A DNA stretch of 64,000 nucleotides from Mobula hypostoma (Eukaryota). Both the position numbers and the translations under genes were made by a program. Shown one piece after another: positions 39,688 to 52,629 of this stretch. A model generated the notes under the pieces. The model was given only the letters and a program-made list of their open reading frames with translations. It made no database searches and was not told the origin of the DNA. The stretch covers positions 16,120,001-16,184,000 of the forward strand of contig NC_086108.1 in assembly GCF_963921235.1 (NCBI RefSeq), read 5' to 3'. Numbering within the stretch: position 1 is the stretch's first letter; each line of letters begins with the position of its first letter.

Positions 39688-39706
39688 ATCCTGGACAAGG
39701 GCCCCA
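39688..39706 (-). promoter_or_regulatory. Primer-binding site, tRNA-Pro-like (degenerate)
   Basis: TGGGGCCCTTGTCCAGGAT, 4 nt after the 5' LTR; resembles the tRNA-Pro PBS TGGGGGCTCGTCCGGGAT. Confidence 0.7.
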
Positions 39707-39710
39707 CAAA

Positions 39711-40314
39711 TGTAACACTCCGCTCTATCAACCCACGTTTGTCTAGGGGAAACTGCCGTCTGCCCGCCAAACTGTTCTCACGTTTGCATAGATACTGTGT
39801 AATGCACCCCGGTACAAACCCCACAACGTAAAACATCAGACAGTACACAATGTCCGATTAAATGATTACACTTTATAAATTTTACAGTGACTGTGGGGTT
39901 AGTAGAGAAACAAACATATAAAAATAAAAAGGCGCCAAAAATAGGGATTATACAGTTCTTGCACAATGTTGGTGCTCATGCAATGTTCTCAATCCACCAT
40001 TCGATTTCCTCCGAACTCCATGACCCTCGGGCTGGGACCAACCACGGTGGTCTACCGGCGCGCATCCCGCACGTCCTTCCTCTTCGCCTCTCCTCACCGA
40101 TCTCCCGTGCACTCACCCAGGTTCCCACACATACAGATAGAATAACATGACTTCCATTGGTTAGTTCCCCGTTATCTATAACTATAACCCAAACATTTCA
40201 GCTGCAAAGAACATTACCTCATCAGTTGCATTTCATTATAGCACTACAGAGAAGCCATTTTATTATTAGCAGTTAACAGTTACCATTACAGTTAATATTA
40301 CTGAGAACCCTACA
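39711..40314 (-). repeat. Gypsy 5' LTR
   Basis: Direct repeat of 31047-31658. Confidence 0.95.
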
Positions 40315-40424
40315 CTCACAAGATGTGGCAAGCTTCAATTAGCCAATTTTCCTTTGGGTTCCAACAGCAACACACCTAGATGTTGATTCAGTGTGAGCTT
40401 AAAACTGACTGACATCAGGAGCGG

Positions 40425-41228
40425 TGTGACAACAGACCAAATTATCAGAAGATTGATGCCGATAAGAGGACAATGGGGGACGAGAGAGATTAACGAAAGG
40501 GAGACACAGTTCCGAGGATTGTCAAGACCAGTTGCTTTGAACCTGAACTGTTTGAAGTTTGATGGACAGGCGATACCCCAGCAGGGGGATAAAAGGGACA
40601 GGTTCACCAAGGCAAGAGACACACCACGACACCACGAGGTAACGAGACCCTGGAAGCGGTGTGCCCCTACAAGTTGGTGGGAGTTTTGGAGGTCTGGTCG
40701 CGGGACCAGCCATAGACGCACAGGGTGGAAAGGTACGGTCGGCGGGAACCCGGTGTGTGTGTCCGCCCTTGCCTGGGTGCCGGGTTCACCGCAGAAGAAC
40801 GATCGTATCTGGAATGGAGGGGTCACAGTCGGTGACCTCAGAAGACATTACAAAGGGCTCGCCCAAAAGCTAACTGCGAGGAATATCGAAGGTCTGTTTG
40901 GAATCCGATTTGCATATTCGTTCGCTCTCTCTCCCTCCCCAACGGCACAACAGCGATTACTGCGAACTGAACTAAATTGAACTGAACTCTGTGTCACTTG
41001 AGACTGATCATTTTACCCCTAGACTGCGCTAGAACTTGATTGATCCTATTACCCTAGTTCTGTGTACATGTGTGTTTTATCATTGCTAACCTGTTGCATT
41101 TATATCCTTATGATTAGAGTACTGTGTTGTTTATTTCTTTAATAAAACTTTCTTAGTTCCAGTAATCCAGACTCCAACTAAGTGGTCCATTTCTGCTGGT
41201 TTGGAACCCAGTAACGGGGTACGTAACA
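40425..41228 (+). mobile_element. Solo LTR (second family), TSD GCGG
   Basis: TGTGAC...GTAACA termini; gcgg at 40421-24 and 41229-32; AATAAA near 41141; homologous to 56056-56968. Confidence 0.9.
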
Positions 41229-41664
41229 GCGGGAACTCTGCACAAAAAGTTATCAGTTGTAGCCTGAGATTGACAGTAGCTCCCCTACTCAGGCCCAAGA
41301 TCCATATTGTTTCTTGCAGATCTGAAGCCTGTCAGCATTGCCATATGGACAAAGCCCAGTTATTCTCTGCATCTTTGAGGGCTCATTCTCCTCTCCCTTC
41401 TGACAGGTGCATTGCTGACCCCAAGAATTTTCCTACAAAAGCAAACCATGACCGTCCATCCTCACATATAGTGGATACAAAATCATAGGCATTCTGGCAT
41501 ATGTTTTCCAGGAATTCAGTATATTTCCCCCAGAGCAGCATTTAAAAGCAAGGAGTCAGAGTTGTACAGCACATGCCTATGCTGGCCATTTGCCCATCTA
41601 TACCAATCCTATTTGTCTACATTAGGTCTGTCTCCTCCTATGCCTTAGCAACGTGTACAGACTA

Positions 41665-41920
41665 CAGGAGGACTCAGCAGGTCAGGCAGCATCAATGGAA
41701 ATGAATAAATAGTCGTTGTTTCAGGCTGAGATCATTCATCGGGACTGGAAAAGAAGGGAGAAGAAGCTAGTATTAGAAGGAAGGAGGGAAAGGAGTACAA
41801 ACTAGAAGGTGATAGGTGAAGCCAGGTGGGTGGGGGAGGCGGGATGAAATAAGAAGCTGGGAGGTGATAAGTGGAAAAGGTAAAGGGCTTTCGATAGGAG
41901 AGGAGAGTGGACCATGGGAG
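41665..41920 (-). mobile_element. Penelope-like fragment with degenerate hammerhead (41711-41746)
   Basis: Minus strand AGTC-CCGATGA-13 nt-GAAA-CAAC-GACT plus purine-rich core. Confidence 0.6.
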
Positions 41921-41989
41921 ATACTGTATGGAAAAGAGAAAGGGGTTTGGCATGTGAGAAAAGATGGAGTAAGAGGGGTTCAGAGTGGA

Positions 41990-43400
41990 GAACTGTATCG
42001 GTAGTTCAGTGGAGTAAGGGGAATTACAGAGAGAAGTGCTGCTCAAAGTTGATTGGAAGGGAATTGGCAGGGATGATGGCAGGACAGCAGTGGATGGAGT
42101 TCCTGGGGCAATTTGGAAAACACAGGATAAACACATTGCAAAGATGAAGAAGTATTTTAAAGGGAGGATGAGGCAATTGACACTGACAAGGGAAGTCAAA
42201 GAAAAAATGAAAAGGGAAGGAAAGCAAAATAGAGAGCATTTAATATATCAAAAATTAGTGGGAAGTTAGGTTGGGAAGCTTTTAAAATCAACAGAAGGCA
42301 ACTAAAACAGCCATTAGCCGAGAAAAAATGAAATATGAAGGTAATCTAGTCAATAGTATCAGAGGATACCAGAAGTTTTTCAGAGAAATGCAATAAAGTA
42401 TATTCTGTCTTTACTGCAGAAGACACAAGCACTATACCAGAAATTTGAGAACGTCAGGGGTAGAAATGAATGTAGTTGTTATTACTAAGAAGATGCTTGG
42501 GAAGCTGAAAGGTCTGAAGATTTTCTAAGGGTGGAGCTTAGAAGGACGATGGCGCCTAATGGCGACTCCTTTGCTTGCACCTTCGGAAGCATCTTTAATG
42601 TCTCTATTTTTCCCTTTCAGGGTTCTTTTGAAGATCCTGACCTGGAGTTACACACTGACTTAGGTTCTATGTGGAAATGAGGGGGCTTTGGGGTTCTAAC
42701 ATTTAGCTGTCATTCATTCTTTGGGCCATTCCTCTGTTTTTGTGGACATTTGTGAAGAAAAAGAATTTCATGATGTATATTGTATACATTTTTCTGACAT
42801 TAAATATACCTATTGAAACCTATTGAGATAAGTTTGGTCCAACTCATGAAGGTAGGGATGTCACATGCCATCTTCACCAATCTATCAACCTGTGTTGCTA
42901 CCTTCAGAGAACTATGGACCTGAACCTGTTCGTCTCTGTGTTCATCAACACTCCTTAGTGCCATTCCATTTACCATATTTGTCCCAAGTTCCCAAAAATA
43001 CATCACCTCATACTTTTTGGAATTAAGGTTATTAAGGTTATTAAGAAGGCAAACGGAATGTCGGCCTTCGTTGCTATATGGATTGAATTCAAGAGCAGGA
43101 AGGTCATGCTGCAACTATACAGAGTACTGGTGAGGCCGCACCTGGAGTACTGTGTGCAGTTCTGGTCTCCATACTTAAGGAAGGATATACTGGCTTTGGA
43201 GGCAGTGCAGAGGAGGTTCACCAGGTTGATTCCAGGGTTGAAGGGGTTAACCTATTAGGAGAGATTGAGTCGCCTGGGACTACACTCTCTGGAATTCAGA
43301 AGAATGAGAGCGGATCTTATAGAAACATACAAAATTTTGAAAGGGATGGATAAGATAGAAGTAGGAAAGTTGTTTCCATTGGTAGGTGAGACTAGAGCTG
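41990..43400. mobile_element. Mosaic of CR1 fragments (+ 41990-42520, - 42827-43010, + 43020-43400) with non-coding repeat 42524-42826
   Basis: QWSKGNY..QQWMEFL; RPHLEYCVQFWSPYLRKD. Confidence 0.75.
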
Positions 43401-45678
43401 TGGCTTGAGATGACCCTACCGCACAACCAGTTTTCAGGTGTTCACAGACTTACATACATCCTACATTAAATCATAGAGAATTGCATACTGCTGAAATGTT
43501 GAAAATATTTTAAAAAACACAGAATCTGGAAAAATAAAAGCAGAAAATGCTGGAAGTAGTCAGTAGGTCAAACCACACTGGAAGAAAAGAACAGAGTAAA
43601 AGAGGGGAAAACAAACAAACTGAGTTAATATGCTCTTGGACTTTAGGGTCTTTGACAGATGAAAGAAGGGAAAGCATTTATCTACAGCAGCACTGAATGT
43701 GGTAGAGAGTAAAGTGGAACTGTGGATAATGACAGCTTTCAGTAGAGCAGTACCAGCTCAGCTTAATATTCTTTTTGAGAATGGAGGACATTCCTTGTCT
43801 GACCTACCAGCCACGTCCTCCTGCTGTGCATTTTGCAACTCCTACGTTCTTGTATCTACTTTCTTTTGTTGGCATTCGTGCCCTCCAACTGCTCCCATCC
43901 ACTCACTGGATAACCTGTCTGCAGTTTATCCCCATGGTCAATCTGGTTTTAGCCAACAAAGACATCATCCCGACCTCACCCTCCCCCAGCATAATGAGCT
44001 TCTTTTGTCTTCTTCCCAGTTCTGAACAGTGGCCTTCAACTTGCCATGTTAACTCTATTTCTCTTTTCACAGATGAGGCCTGACTTGCTAAATATTTCCA
44101 GCAGTTTCTATATTTATACCGCTGAAGCAAGAGACTGAAATTCACAAGTGACCAAACTAGGCATATATAGTAACTCAGGGTGAAATACAATTATTAAAGA
44201 GCCGATAATGATATTCAAATACAAAGAATGCATTCTATGCTCATCCATGTGTCAGAAACTGCAATGAGGGCAAACCCAGCAACGTGCAGTGAGGCTCCAT
44301 ACCGGCCAAGCTGAGGTCTTTAGGTACTACAAGTCTGTGTCTTTATTGATGCTTTGCTGTACATTTGAATGCTCCGTGGGGGGTGCCAATGTTTTTTTGC
44401 TGGTGGGGGAGGGGGTCATTACCTTGCTGTTCCCTATGGGTAGGAGAGGGGAGCTGGGGGGGTGCTTTGGGGTTCTAACATTTAACCGTCATTCATTCTT
44501 TGGGGCACTCCTCTGTTTTTGTGAATGTTTGTGGAGAAAAAGAATTTCAGGATGTATATTGTATACGTTTCTCTGACATTAAATGTACCTATTGAAACCA
44601 CAGTAAATCTGAAATCAGTGGGCATCAAGGGGAAAAACACTTCAGGACCAGGTCTGTACCCCATGGCATTTTATAAGCAAACATTGAATCCCTCATCATC
44701 AATATCTTAGTGGGTATAATGTCCTGGAACATAAACAGTGTGGCTATAACTAGCAAACAACAGGAATTCTGCAGATGCTGGAAATTCAAGCAACACACCA
44801 GCAACTTTTATGTGTGTGGTTATAACTAGCAGTGTGTTATAATTAACAATGAGACTATAACTAGCAGTTCGCTATAACTATCAGTCAGTGATGAGGTTCC
44901 TTGTATCTCACCTCCTGACACACCAAAGCACAGGTCAAGAGTACGCTGGATTACTCTCCATTTGCTGGATGGATGCTGCTTCAAGAAAACTCAAGAAGCT
45001 CAACACAATTAAGAACTTTCTTTATCAGTGGCAATCCACAACCACAGCTTGTCCACTATCTGTTAGATGCTATGTGGCAACTCACCAATGCTTCTTTGTA
45101 GTTCCCTTCCCACCATCTCCATTACAAAAAAATAACTAGGTCAGCAATACCAATGTCCTGAAGGAAGGCTGGTACCCACTGCATTGACTTCTCCTGACAT
45201 CAGCCAAGTATTATATCAGAGGAGCTTACTCCAATCTTTGCCCAAAGATTTACAGAGTTCCCAGTTGACATATGAAAGAAAACAGGATAAAACAGAATAA
45301 CACAATCTGTGTTGCCACAACTCAATGATTCAAGTCATGTTCTAATTCTGCACTTAGAACCAGACTTAAGTTTTGTGTTGAAGCGAAGGTCAGACTTCAG
45401 ACACACAGATATAAACATATTGTAGATCAAAGAACAAGGGCAACTCTCCCTGTAGGTTTGGATAACATGGTACAATAATAGGTGCAAAGAACAAACTAAT
45501 TTTCTCTAAATCCAAAGTAAACACACTCAAGTTCTCATTGGGAAACTTTCTTGGACAAAATCTCCAGGAAATGGAACAAGAACTATTGAATCGATGCTGT
45601 CAAATTTCTGGAGGGTTCACTCTACCTCTGCAGGGAGCTCAGTGGAAGTTGCCCTTAATGAATCTGCTTTGACATATT

Positions 45679-45867
45679 CGCAAACACAAGGAAATCTGCA
45701 GATGCTGGAAATTCAAGCCACACACATCAAAGTTGCTGGTGAACGCAGCAGGCCAGGCAGCATCTCTAGGAAGAGGTACAGTCGATGTCTCGGTCTGAAA
45801 CGTCGACCATACCTCTTCCTAGAGATGCTGCCTGGCCTGCTGCATTCACTAGCAACTTTGATGTGCG
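45679..45867. mobile_element. Palindromic Penelope-like insertion, 14-bp TSD TGCTTTGACATATT
   Basis: TSD at 45665-45678 and 45868-45881; inverted arms of about 65-70 bp. Confidence 0.85.
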
Positions 45868-46982
45868 TGCTTTGACATATTGACTGCCAATGAACAGAGT
45901 CTAGCAAAAACATTAAAGAGACTGTGATGGTGGCACAAAGCAGTCTGCATTTATTGAACTGTTCCAACTTAAAACCATTCAACCAGTGTATTTTAGAGTC
46001 GGGTGACCAATCAAAAGCAAACAACAACTTCCCAATCATGGGGAGTGAATTCCCGTCTCCACTTTAGTCCCCTTTTCCTCAATTGATGGTTCTGGTGAGT
46101 TTCCATCTATAAAAAAATAATAAAAATGACTTATTTCTGGTGGTTGTTCCTACTGGACTTACTAGTTATGTATTATCAGTGCTCAGCTTAACAAAAGACA
46201 GCAAAGGTTGTGGTGACACTCTGGTCTAAGGGAGAAGACCATGAGCTCATCTACTTGAGTCTCAAGTCTTTAATGAAGGATGATATCTCTAGTGAAGTTC
46301 TGAGGAACTTGTGCATTGTCAGAGGTGCTAACGTTCAGCAAAAGTATTCAACTCCTGTCCTCTCAGATTAATATAAAACATCCCAGAACACTGTTTTTTA
46401 GAATTTCAGGTAGTTTGGTCCTATGTTCTGCCCAGAATTTATACTTTAGCCTACATTGTCAAGAGATTAACATAACACTGTTGCCATGACCTTGCTGTTT
46501 ATGACTGGCTATTACAACAGAGATCACATTTCAAAAGTACTCCATTGGCACATTTGGGACCAACCAATGCAAAGAACTAACCACAGGAGGAAAGTGCTAG
46601 AGATAATAATGCAATGGGAGCTTCTTGTTCACTCAATACAAGTCTGATGGTTCAAATATGTTGAAGAAAAGACATTTATTTAAGTAATCAAGTCCATCAG
46701 TTCAAACTCCAGCCCGGGAGTCTAGTCCAAGTAAAAGATGGTTAATATCCAGACCAAGTTTGAGGGCTCGATTTTTTGAGAAAACTTTGCTCCTAGAACA
46801 TCACATGACTCAGGATGGAGGGTGAGGAGACTTAGATCATTCCATTTGAGAATGCTAGAGATTGGGAAGATCAGCAATCTGCTCCTGCCCTTAGGTCATT
46901 CACACATTGAAGTTATGATTGCTGCCATCCTAGGATGGGCGTAATGAGCCTATACGCTGTCTCTGCTAACCCTACTCGCCTG

Positions 46983-47094
46983 AGTCCTGCCGAAGGGTCT
47001 CGGCCCAAAACATCGACCGCAATCTTTTCCACAGGTGCTGCCTGGCCTGCTGGGTTCCTCCAGCATTTTGTCTGTGTTGCTTGAATTTCCAGCA
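46983..47094 (+). mobile_element. Single-arm Penelope-like repeat with degenerate hammerhead
   Basis: AGTC-CTGCCGA-AGGGTCTCGGCCC-AAAA-CATC-GACC...gcttgaatttccagcat. Confidence 0.7.
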
Positions 47095-47189
47095 TATTGT
47101 TCCTGACTTATTTTGTCTGGATCTCAAATGGGATCTTTCTGTAGAAAGAAGGCACTGTACTTAGCTGTAATGGTTGCAGGCAGTGTACT

Positions 47190-47415
47190 GGTGGGGAGGG
47201 GGAGGGAACGTCGACTCAGACCATGAGGCCTGTGTCGGGCATTTTCATGCCTTACAAAGCACAGATTGGAGGTCTGTGTGGGGCACCACTCCTCACACAG
47301 ACACAATGTGTGGTTAAGTGCCTTGCTCAAGGTCACAAACATGCTGCCAACAGCAAAGGCTCGAACTAGCGACCTTCAGATCATTAGATGAACGCCTTAA
47401 CCACTTGGCCATGTG
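47190..47415 (-). mobile_element. tRNA-derived SINE (A/B boxes plus ccttgagcaaggcacttaac core)
   Basis: Minus strand TGGCCAAGTGG (A box) and AGTTCGAGCC (B box). Confidence 0.7.
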
Positions 47416-47544
47416 AATCCCAAGTACTGCACAGTATCAGGAAGTGCAAGAAACAGCAGGCCCCTGTAAAGCCAGTTGACATCGTGTTAAACACAACAAA
47501 TGCTTATGGCTGTTAGAAACATACAAAGGCAATTCCACAATGAT

Positions 47545-50508
47545 TAAACATAGAACACAGAACATATAATAATACAGCGCAGAACAGGCCCTTCGGCCCA
47601 CAATATTGTGCTGACTCTTAAACCCTGCCTCCCATATAACCCCCACCTTAAATTCCTCCATATACCTGTCTAGTAGTCTCTTAAACTTCACTAGTGTATC
47701 TGCCTCCACCACTGACTCAGGCAGTGCATTCCACGCACCAACCACTCTCTGAGGTAAAACCATTGTCTAATATCCCCCTTAAACTTCCCACCCCTTACCT
47801 TAAAGCCATGTCCTCTTGTATTGAGCAGTGGTGCCCTGGGGAAGAGGCGCTGCCTATCCACTCTATCTATTCCTCTTACTATCTTGTATACCTCTATCAT
47901 GTCTCCTCTCATCCTCCTTCTCTCCAAAGAGTAAAGCCCTAGCTCCCTTAATCTCTGATCATAATGCATACTGTCTAAACCAGGTAGCATCCTGGTAAAT
48001 CTCCTCTGTACCCTTTCCAATGCTTCCACATCCTTTCTATAGTGAGGTGACCAGAAATGGATACAGTACTCCAAGTGTGGCCTAACCAGAGTTTTATAGA
48101 GCTGTATCATTACATTGCGACTCTTAAACTCTATCCCTTGACTTATGAAAGCTAACACCCCATAAGCTTTCTTAACTACCCTATCTACCTGTGAGGCAAC
48201 TTTCAGGGATCTGTGGACATGTACCCCGAGATCCCTCTGCTCCTCCACACTACCAAGTATTCTGCCATTTACTTTGTACTCTGCCTCGGAGTTTGTCCTT
48301 CCAAAGTGTACCAACTCACACCTCTCTGGGTTGAACTCCATCTGCCACTTCTCAGCCCACTTCTGCATCCTATCAATGTCTCTCTGCAATCTTCGACAAT
48401 CCTCTGCACTATCCACAACACCACCAACCTTTGTGTTGTCTGCAAACTTGCCAACCCACCCTTCTACCCCACATCAGGTCGTTAATAAAAATCACGAAAA
48501 GTAGAGGTCCCAGAACCAATCCTTGTGGGACACCACTAGTCACAACCCTCCACCACCACCCTTTGCCTTCTGCAGGCAAGCCAATTCTGAATCCACCTGG
48601 CCAAACTTCCCTGGATCCCATGCCTTCTGATTTTCTGAATAAGCCGACCGTGTGGAACCTTGTCAAATGCCTTACTAAAATCCATGTACATCACATCCAC
48701 TGCACTACCCTCATCTATATGCCTGGTCACCTCCTCGAAGAACTCTATCAGGTTTGTTAGACGCTATCTGCCCTTCACAAAGCCATGCTAACTGTCCCTG
48801 ATCAGACCATGATTCTCTGAATGCCCATAGATCCTATCTCTAAGAATCTTTTCCAACAGCTTTCCCACGACAGACATAAGGCTCACTGGCCTATAATTAC
48901 CTAGAGTATCCCTACTACCTTTTTTGAAAAAGGGGGCAATATTCGCCTCCCTCCAATCCTCCGGTACCATTCCCGTGGACAATAAGGACATAAAGATCCT
49001 AGCCAGAGGCTCAGCAATCTCTTCTCTCACCTCATGGAGCAGCCTGGGGAATATTCCGTCAGGCCCCGGGGACTTATCCGTCCTAATGTATTTTAACAAC
49101 TCCAACACCTCCTCTCCCTTAATATCAGTATGCTCCAGAACATCTACCTCACTCATATTGTCCTCACCATCATCAAGTTCCCTCTCATTGGTGAATACCG
49201 AAGAGGAGTATTTATTGAGGACCTCGCTCACTTCCACAGCCTCTAGGCACATCTTCCCACCTTTTTCTCTAATCAGTCCTACCTTCACTCCTGTCATCTT
49301 TTTGTTCTTCACATAATTGAAGAATGCATTGGGGTTTTCCTTTACCCTACTCGCCAAGGCCTTCTCATGCCCCCTTCTTGCTCTCCTCAGCCCCTTCTTA
49401 AGCTCCTTTCTTGCTACCCTATATTCCTCAATAGACCCATCTGATCCTTGCTTCCTAAACCTCACGTATGCTGCCTTCTTCCACCTGACTAGATTTTCCA
49501 CCTCACTTGTCACCCATGTTTCCTTCACCCTACTATTCTTTATCTTCCTCACAGGGACAAATTTATCTCTAACATCCTTCAAGATATCCCTAAATATCGA
49601 CCACATGTCCATAGTACATTTCCCTGCAAAAACATCATCCCAATTCACACCTGCAAGCCTCATAGCCTCATAATTTGCCCTTCCCCAATTAAAAATTTTC
49701 CTGTCTTCTCTGATTCTATCCTTTTCCATGATAATGCTAAAGGCCAGGGAGCAGTGGTCGCTGTCCCCCAGATGCTCACCCAGTGAGAGATCTGTGACCT
49801 GACCCAATTCGTTACCTAATACTAGATCTAGTATGGCATTCCCCCTAGTCGGCCTGTCAACATACTGTGACAGGAATCCAACCTGGACACACTTAACAAA
49901 CTCTGCCCTGTCTAAACCATTGGAGCTAATCAGGTGCCAATCAACATTAGGGAAGTTAAAGTCACCCATAAATAACCCTAACAACAGGAATTCTGCAGAT
50001 GCTGGAAATTCAAGCAACACACATAAAAGTTGCTGGTGAACGCAGCAGGCCAGGCAGCATCTCTAGGAAGAGGTGCAGTCGACGTTTCAGGCCGAGATCC
50101 TTCGTCAGACGAAGGGTCTCGGCCTGAAACGTCGACTGCACCTCTTCCTAGAGATGCTGCCTGGCCTGCTGCGTTCACCAGCAACTTTTATGTGTGTTGC
50201 ATAAATAACCCTGTTATTTTTGCACTTTTCCAAAATCTGCCTTCCTATCTGCTCCTCTGTATCTCTGCTGCTACCAGGGGGCCTATAGAATACCTCCAGT
50301 AGAGTAACTGCTCCCTTCCTGTTCCTGACTTCCACTCATACTGACTCAAAAGAGGATCCTGCTGCATTAGCCACCCTTTCTGTAGCTGTAATAGTTTCCC
50401 TGTCCAGTAATACCACCCTTCCTCCCCTTTCCCCCCATCTCTATCCCTTTTAAGGCACTGAAATCCAGGAATATTGAGAATCCATTTCTGCCCTGGTGCC
50501 AGCCAAGT
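47545..50508 (-). mobile_element. CR1 (EN to 3' end), same subfamily as 5852-6607
   Basis: ORFs 48788-50020 and 47691-48416 carry [26 protein letters not shown] and RPHLEYC. Confidence 0.95.
49980..50200. mobile_element. Palindromic Penelope-like insertion, 12-bp TSD ATAAATAACCCT, 93-bp arms
   Basis: TSD at 49968-49979 and 50201-50212; arms 50014-50106 / 50108-50200 with one mismatch. Confidence 0.9.
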
Positions 50509-51089
50509 CTGTATGTATGAATTAAATTACTTTAAAATAGTAATTAAAATGAAAAACTTAAAAAACACAAACGTCATCAAATTCAATTATTCCCCACTGA
50601 AATTCAGCAGGCAGAGATGGTTCAGGCAATGTAAGTGGTGCATGTTGCTGCAAATTCATAGTGGTCCACTGGATCCTATGGAAAGGCGAGCTTTTAAACA
50701 GCAGATTTGAAATGCTGGGCTATTGCTGGCAGCTGGTTTGGGAATAATACATTTGAATTCATGTGTGGAAAATCTAAACTTGCAGATTAATGTTGACAAT
50801 CCACGTGGAATGCTCCCACTTCCATACGAAATCTGCCTGAATGTGTTCCACGAATGCAACTCTGGATAGTCCACATTTGTGTGGTTCCAACAATTATTGG
50901 TACATACTACGTACCTTGGTTCCAATGATGGATCGTCCAGTTTTGTTCTGAGCTCCAGCATGATGGTCCACATTGTGGTCAATTGTTATTGCCTTTAGAT
51001 GGCATACTGGTATTGTTTGCATTAAAATAAACTACATTCAACTCAAAGTGAAGAAATTCACTTGCATTGTACTCTGATTGTGAAGTTCA

Positions 51090-52620
51090 GCTTTAGACAG
51101 ATAGGAGAATGAGTGGCAGATTACATGTAGTGCAGGGAAGTATATGGTTTTGCACTTTGGCAGAAACAATAAAGGCATGGACTATTTTCTAAATGGGGAG
51201 AAAGTTCAAAAGTCAGAGTTGCAAAGTAACTTTGCAGGATTCCCTAAAGGTTAACTTGCAGGTTGAATCAGTGGTAAGGAAGGCAGATTCAATGTTAGAA
51301 TTCAATTCAACAGGACTAGAATATAAGAGCAAGAGTGGAGTGTTGAGGTTTTATAAGGCATTGGTCAGACTGCACTTTGAGTATTGTCTTGAGCCCCTTA
51401 TCAAAGAAAAGATGTGCTGGAACTGGAGAGGGTCCAGAGAAGATCCACGAGAATGATTCTGGGATCGAAAGGGTTAATGTATGAGGAGAATTTAATGGCT
51501 CTGGGCCTGTACTCACTACATTGACCACATGAACTTTAATCTTAGGCTTTTGACAAGATCCTACATAGGAATAGAAGGCTAGTCTGGAAAGTGAGGTATC
51601 ATCAGGTCCTGGGTGAGCAAGCCAACTGGATAAAAATTTGACCTGGAGAAAGGAGTAAGGGGGTGTGAATGGAGTGTTGTTTTTCCACATTGGAGGCCTA
51701 TGACCAGTGGTGTGACAAAGATCAGTATTGGGTTCCCTTTCGCCTGTCACATATGTTAACAATTTGCATGAGGATATAGGTGGCATGATGAGTAACTTTG
51801 TGGATGATACCAAAGTTGATGTGTGGAAGGTTAAAGTGAAGAAGGTTATCTAAGGTCCCAAAAGAACCTAGATCAAGTAGGAGGCTAAGCAAAGGAATGG
51901 GAGATAGAATTTAACTCAGAAAAGTGATGCGCTTTGGAAAGTTCACTGAGGATGAGATAAACAGAGTGACTGACAGGCCCCTGATGAGTTGTAGTAGAGA
52001 CCTACATAGTTCGCTGAAAGTCTCGCCAATTTAGTCACGGTTGTGTAGAAGACATATATTACACTTGGCTTCATCGGATGGGTCATTGATTCCAAGAATT
52101 GGGATGCCATGTTATAGCTGTACAAGACATAGTGAGACCATTTATGGAATATTGTTCTGTTTGCCACACTATAGGAAGTATGTGATTTGGTTATTGAGGG
52201 TGCAGACAAGATTCACAAAACTGTTACCAGGACTAGAGGGTTGGAGTTAAAAAGAGAGATGGGGTAGGCTGGGTCTGAGCGAAGGAAGCTGCAGGATGGC
52301 CTCACAGGGCTTTTAAAATCCATGTATGGTGAATGATGACACACTTTTTCCCCAGCTTAGGGAAATTGAGCACTAGAGGGCATAAGTTAAAGGTGAAAAG
52401 GAAGAAATTTAAAGGGGAGCTGAGGGCAAGTTTTTTACTCAGAAGGTGGTGGGTGCATGGAATGAGCTGCCAGAGGAAGTGGCAGCAGCAGGTACAATGA
52501 CAATATTCAGAGACACACATAGAGAGGAAAGATATAGAGGGATATGGGCCAACACAAGCAAATAGGACAGCTCAGATAAGCACAATGGTCAACATGAATA
52601 AGTGGGCTGAAAGTCTTGTT
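51090..52620 (+). mobile_element. Two old CR1 RT/3' fragments
   Basis: LKVNLQVESVVRKA, LVRLHFEYC, FVDDTK, HYRK..RVQTRFTKLLPGL. Confidence 0.75.
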
Positions 52621-52629
52621 TTACATCCA

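Larger units (their letters stand above)
31047..40314 (-). mobile_element. Full-length decayed Gypsy/Ty3 LTR retrotransposon with PNMA-like Gag; TSD CTCA
   Basis: Paired ~610-bp LTRs (TGTA..TACA), TSD ctca at 31043-46 and 40315-18, PBS, PPT, domain order Gag-PR-RT-RNaseH-IN. Confidence 0.95.

Noticed and set aside
40393..40980. 195-aa ORF and overlapping antisense ORF
   Set aside because: They lie in a solo LTR, and the frame is not preserved in the second copy.
49978..50302. Identical peptide starts on both strands (MLVNAAGQAASLG...)
   Set aside because: A consequence of the palindrome, not genes.
50600..51000. Unique segment with a 108-aa ORF
   Set aside because: No recognisable motif or splice context.
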